DNA of 571 bases from Escherichia coli (lineage in GTDB: Bacteria; Pseudomonadota; Gammaproteobacteria; Enterobacterales; Enterobacteriaceae). The notes below the pieces were generated by a model. That model was not told the DNA's origin and made no database searches. It saw only the letters and a program-made list of their open reading frames with translations. The first letter of the stretch is position 1. Every line of letters starts with the position of its first letter. Location of the stretch: the NCBI RefSeq assembly GCF_003334335.1, contig NZ_QOWQ01000169.1; one strand, written 5' to 3'. A program made the translations under genes and the position numbers. Shown here piece after piece: positions 1-571 of this stretch.

Positions 1-571
1 TATCGGAGACATCGCGCAGCGGGGAGACAGTACGCTACCGCTACGATGACGCGCACAGTGAGTTACCGGCGACGACAACGGATGCGACGGGCAGCACCCG
101 GCAGATGACCTGGAGCCGCTACGGGCAGTTGCTGGCGTTCACCGACTGCTCGGGCTACCAGACCCGTTATGAATACGACCGCTTCGGCCAGATGACGGCG
201 GTCCACCGCGAGGAAGGCATCAGCCTTTACCGCCGCTATGACAACCGTGGCCGGTTAACCTCGGTGAAAGACGCACAGGGCCGTGAAACGCGGTATGAAT
301 ACAACGCCGCAGGCGACCTGACTGCCGTTATCACCCCGGACGGCAACCGGAGCGAGACACAGTACGATGCGTGGGGAAAGGCGGTCAGCACCACGCAGGG
401 CGGGCTGACGCGCAGTATGGAGTACGATGCTGCCGGACGTGTCATCAGCCTGACCAACGAGAACGGCAGCCACAGCGTCTTCAGTTACGATGCGCTGGAC
501 CGGCTGGTACAGCAGGGCGGCTTTGACGGGCGGACGCAACGTTATCATTATGACCTGACCGGAAAACTCAC
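1..571 (+). CDS. rhs: Rhs-family YD-repeat protein, internal fragment of the conserved core (partial at both ends; first complete codon at nt 3, last complete codon ends at nt 569)
   Basis: Frame with codons at 3,6,9... is open across the whole window (189 codons); plus frames 1 and 2 carry in-frame TGA stops at 106-108 and 47-49. Translation contains repeated xxGxxxRYxYDxxGRLxxV-type motifs (e.g. LYRRYDNRGRLTSV at nt 225-266, MEYDAAGRVISL at 417-452, RYHYDLTGKL at 540-569), which are diagnostic of Rhs/YD-repeat proteins. From memory the sequence closely resembles the E. coli-type Rhs core; the paralog (rhsA/B/C etc.) cannot be assigned from this fragment, so only the family symbol is given. 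GC-rich codon third positions are consistent with the known GC-rich Rhs core. Confidence 0.9.
33..569 (+). repeat. Tandem array of ~9 degenerate YD repeats (protein-level repeats of ~20-21 aa; RHS repeat family)
   Basis: In-frame Y-D (or variant Y-G / Y-N) dipeptide codons at nt 42-47 (YD), 120-125 (YG), 174-179 (YD), 237-242 (YD), 300-305 (YN), 363-368 (YD), 423-428 (YD), 486-491 (YD), 549-554 (YD). Spacing between successive motifs is 78, 54, 63, 63, 63, 60, 63, 63 nt. Each is preceded by a glycine-containing turn and followed by G-(R/D/K)-(L/V/A). Nucleotide-level similarity between units is low, so this is a protein-structural repeat rather than a DNA direct repeat. Confidence 0.85.

Noticed and set aside
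105-419. In-frame ATG codons (105-107, 192-194, 417-419) as possible translation starts
   Set aside because: The frame is open upstream of all of them and continues the same repeat architecture, and none is preceded by a convincing Shine-Dalgarno sequence. They are internal methionines of the Rhs protein.
236-457. Minus-strand ORF, 73 aa (MVRLMTRPAASYSIL...)
   Set aside because: Same reasoning: it is antisense to the Rhs frame, overlaps the other minus ORF in a different frame, and has a low-complexity composition with no recognisable domain. Judged spurious.
255-548. Minus-strand ORF, 97 aa (MITLRPPVKAALLYQ...)
   Set aside because: It lies entirely antisense to a strongly supported, motif-rich plus-strand Rhs reading frame. 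Its translation is a low-complexity R/A/P/V-rich peptide with no recognisable motif and no visible RBS context, which is the usual by-product of a GC-rich sense frame lacking antisense stop codons.
33-569. Periodic ~60-63 nt repetition as a possible CRISPR array or DNA tandem repeat
   Set aside because: The periodicity is at the amino-acid motif level only. There are no near-identical 25-40 nt direct repeats separated by unique spacers, and the region is one continuous open reading frame.
1-571. Alternative plus-strand frames 1 and 2 as coding
   Set aside because: Frame 2 has an in-frame TGA at 47-49 and frame 1 a TGA at 106-108. Only the frame with codons starting at nt 3 is open throughout and yields YD-repeat motifs.
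1-571. A novel or previously undescribed system within this window
   Set aside because: The window is fully explained by a conserved, well-known Rhs YD-repeat core fragment. No additional ORF, RNA gene or regulatory element is supportable from the sequence, and any novelty would have to be sought in the flanking variable regions, not here.

Overview
The whole 571-nt window is an internal fragment of one plus-strand gene encoding an Rhs-family YD-repeat protein (enterobacterial Rhs core type). The reading frame with codons starting at nt 3 is open across the entire window (189 codons, no stop), while the other two plus frames contain stops (TGA at 47-49 and at 106-108). The translation (…RYRYDD…TRYEYDRFGQ…LYRRYDNRGRLTSV…TRYEYNAAGDLTAV…TQYDAWGKAV…MEYDAAGRVISL…FSYDALDRLV…RYHYDLTGKL) consists of about nine tandem, degenerate YD repeats. 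There is no gene start or end, promoter, terminator, RNA gene, CRISPR array or mobile-element terminus in the window. The two minus-strand ORFs in the supplied track are best read as antisense artefacts of a GC-rich coding region. I see no evidence in this window for a novel system: it is conserved structural core of a known polymorphic-toxin family, and any novelty would lie in the variable C-terminal toxin/immunity region downstream, outside the window.
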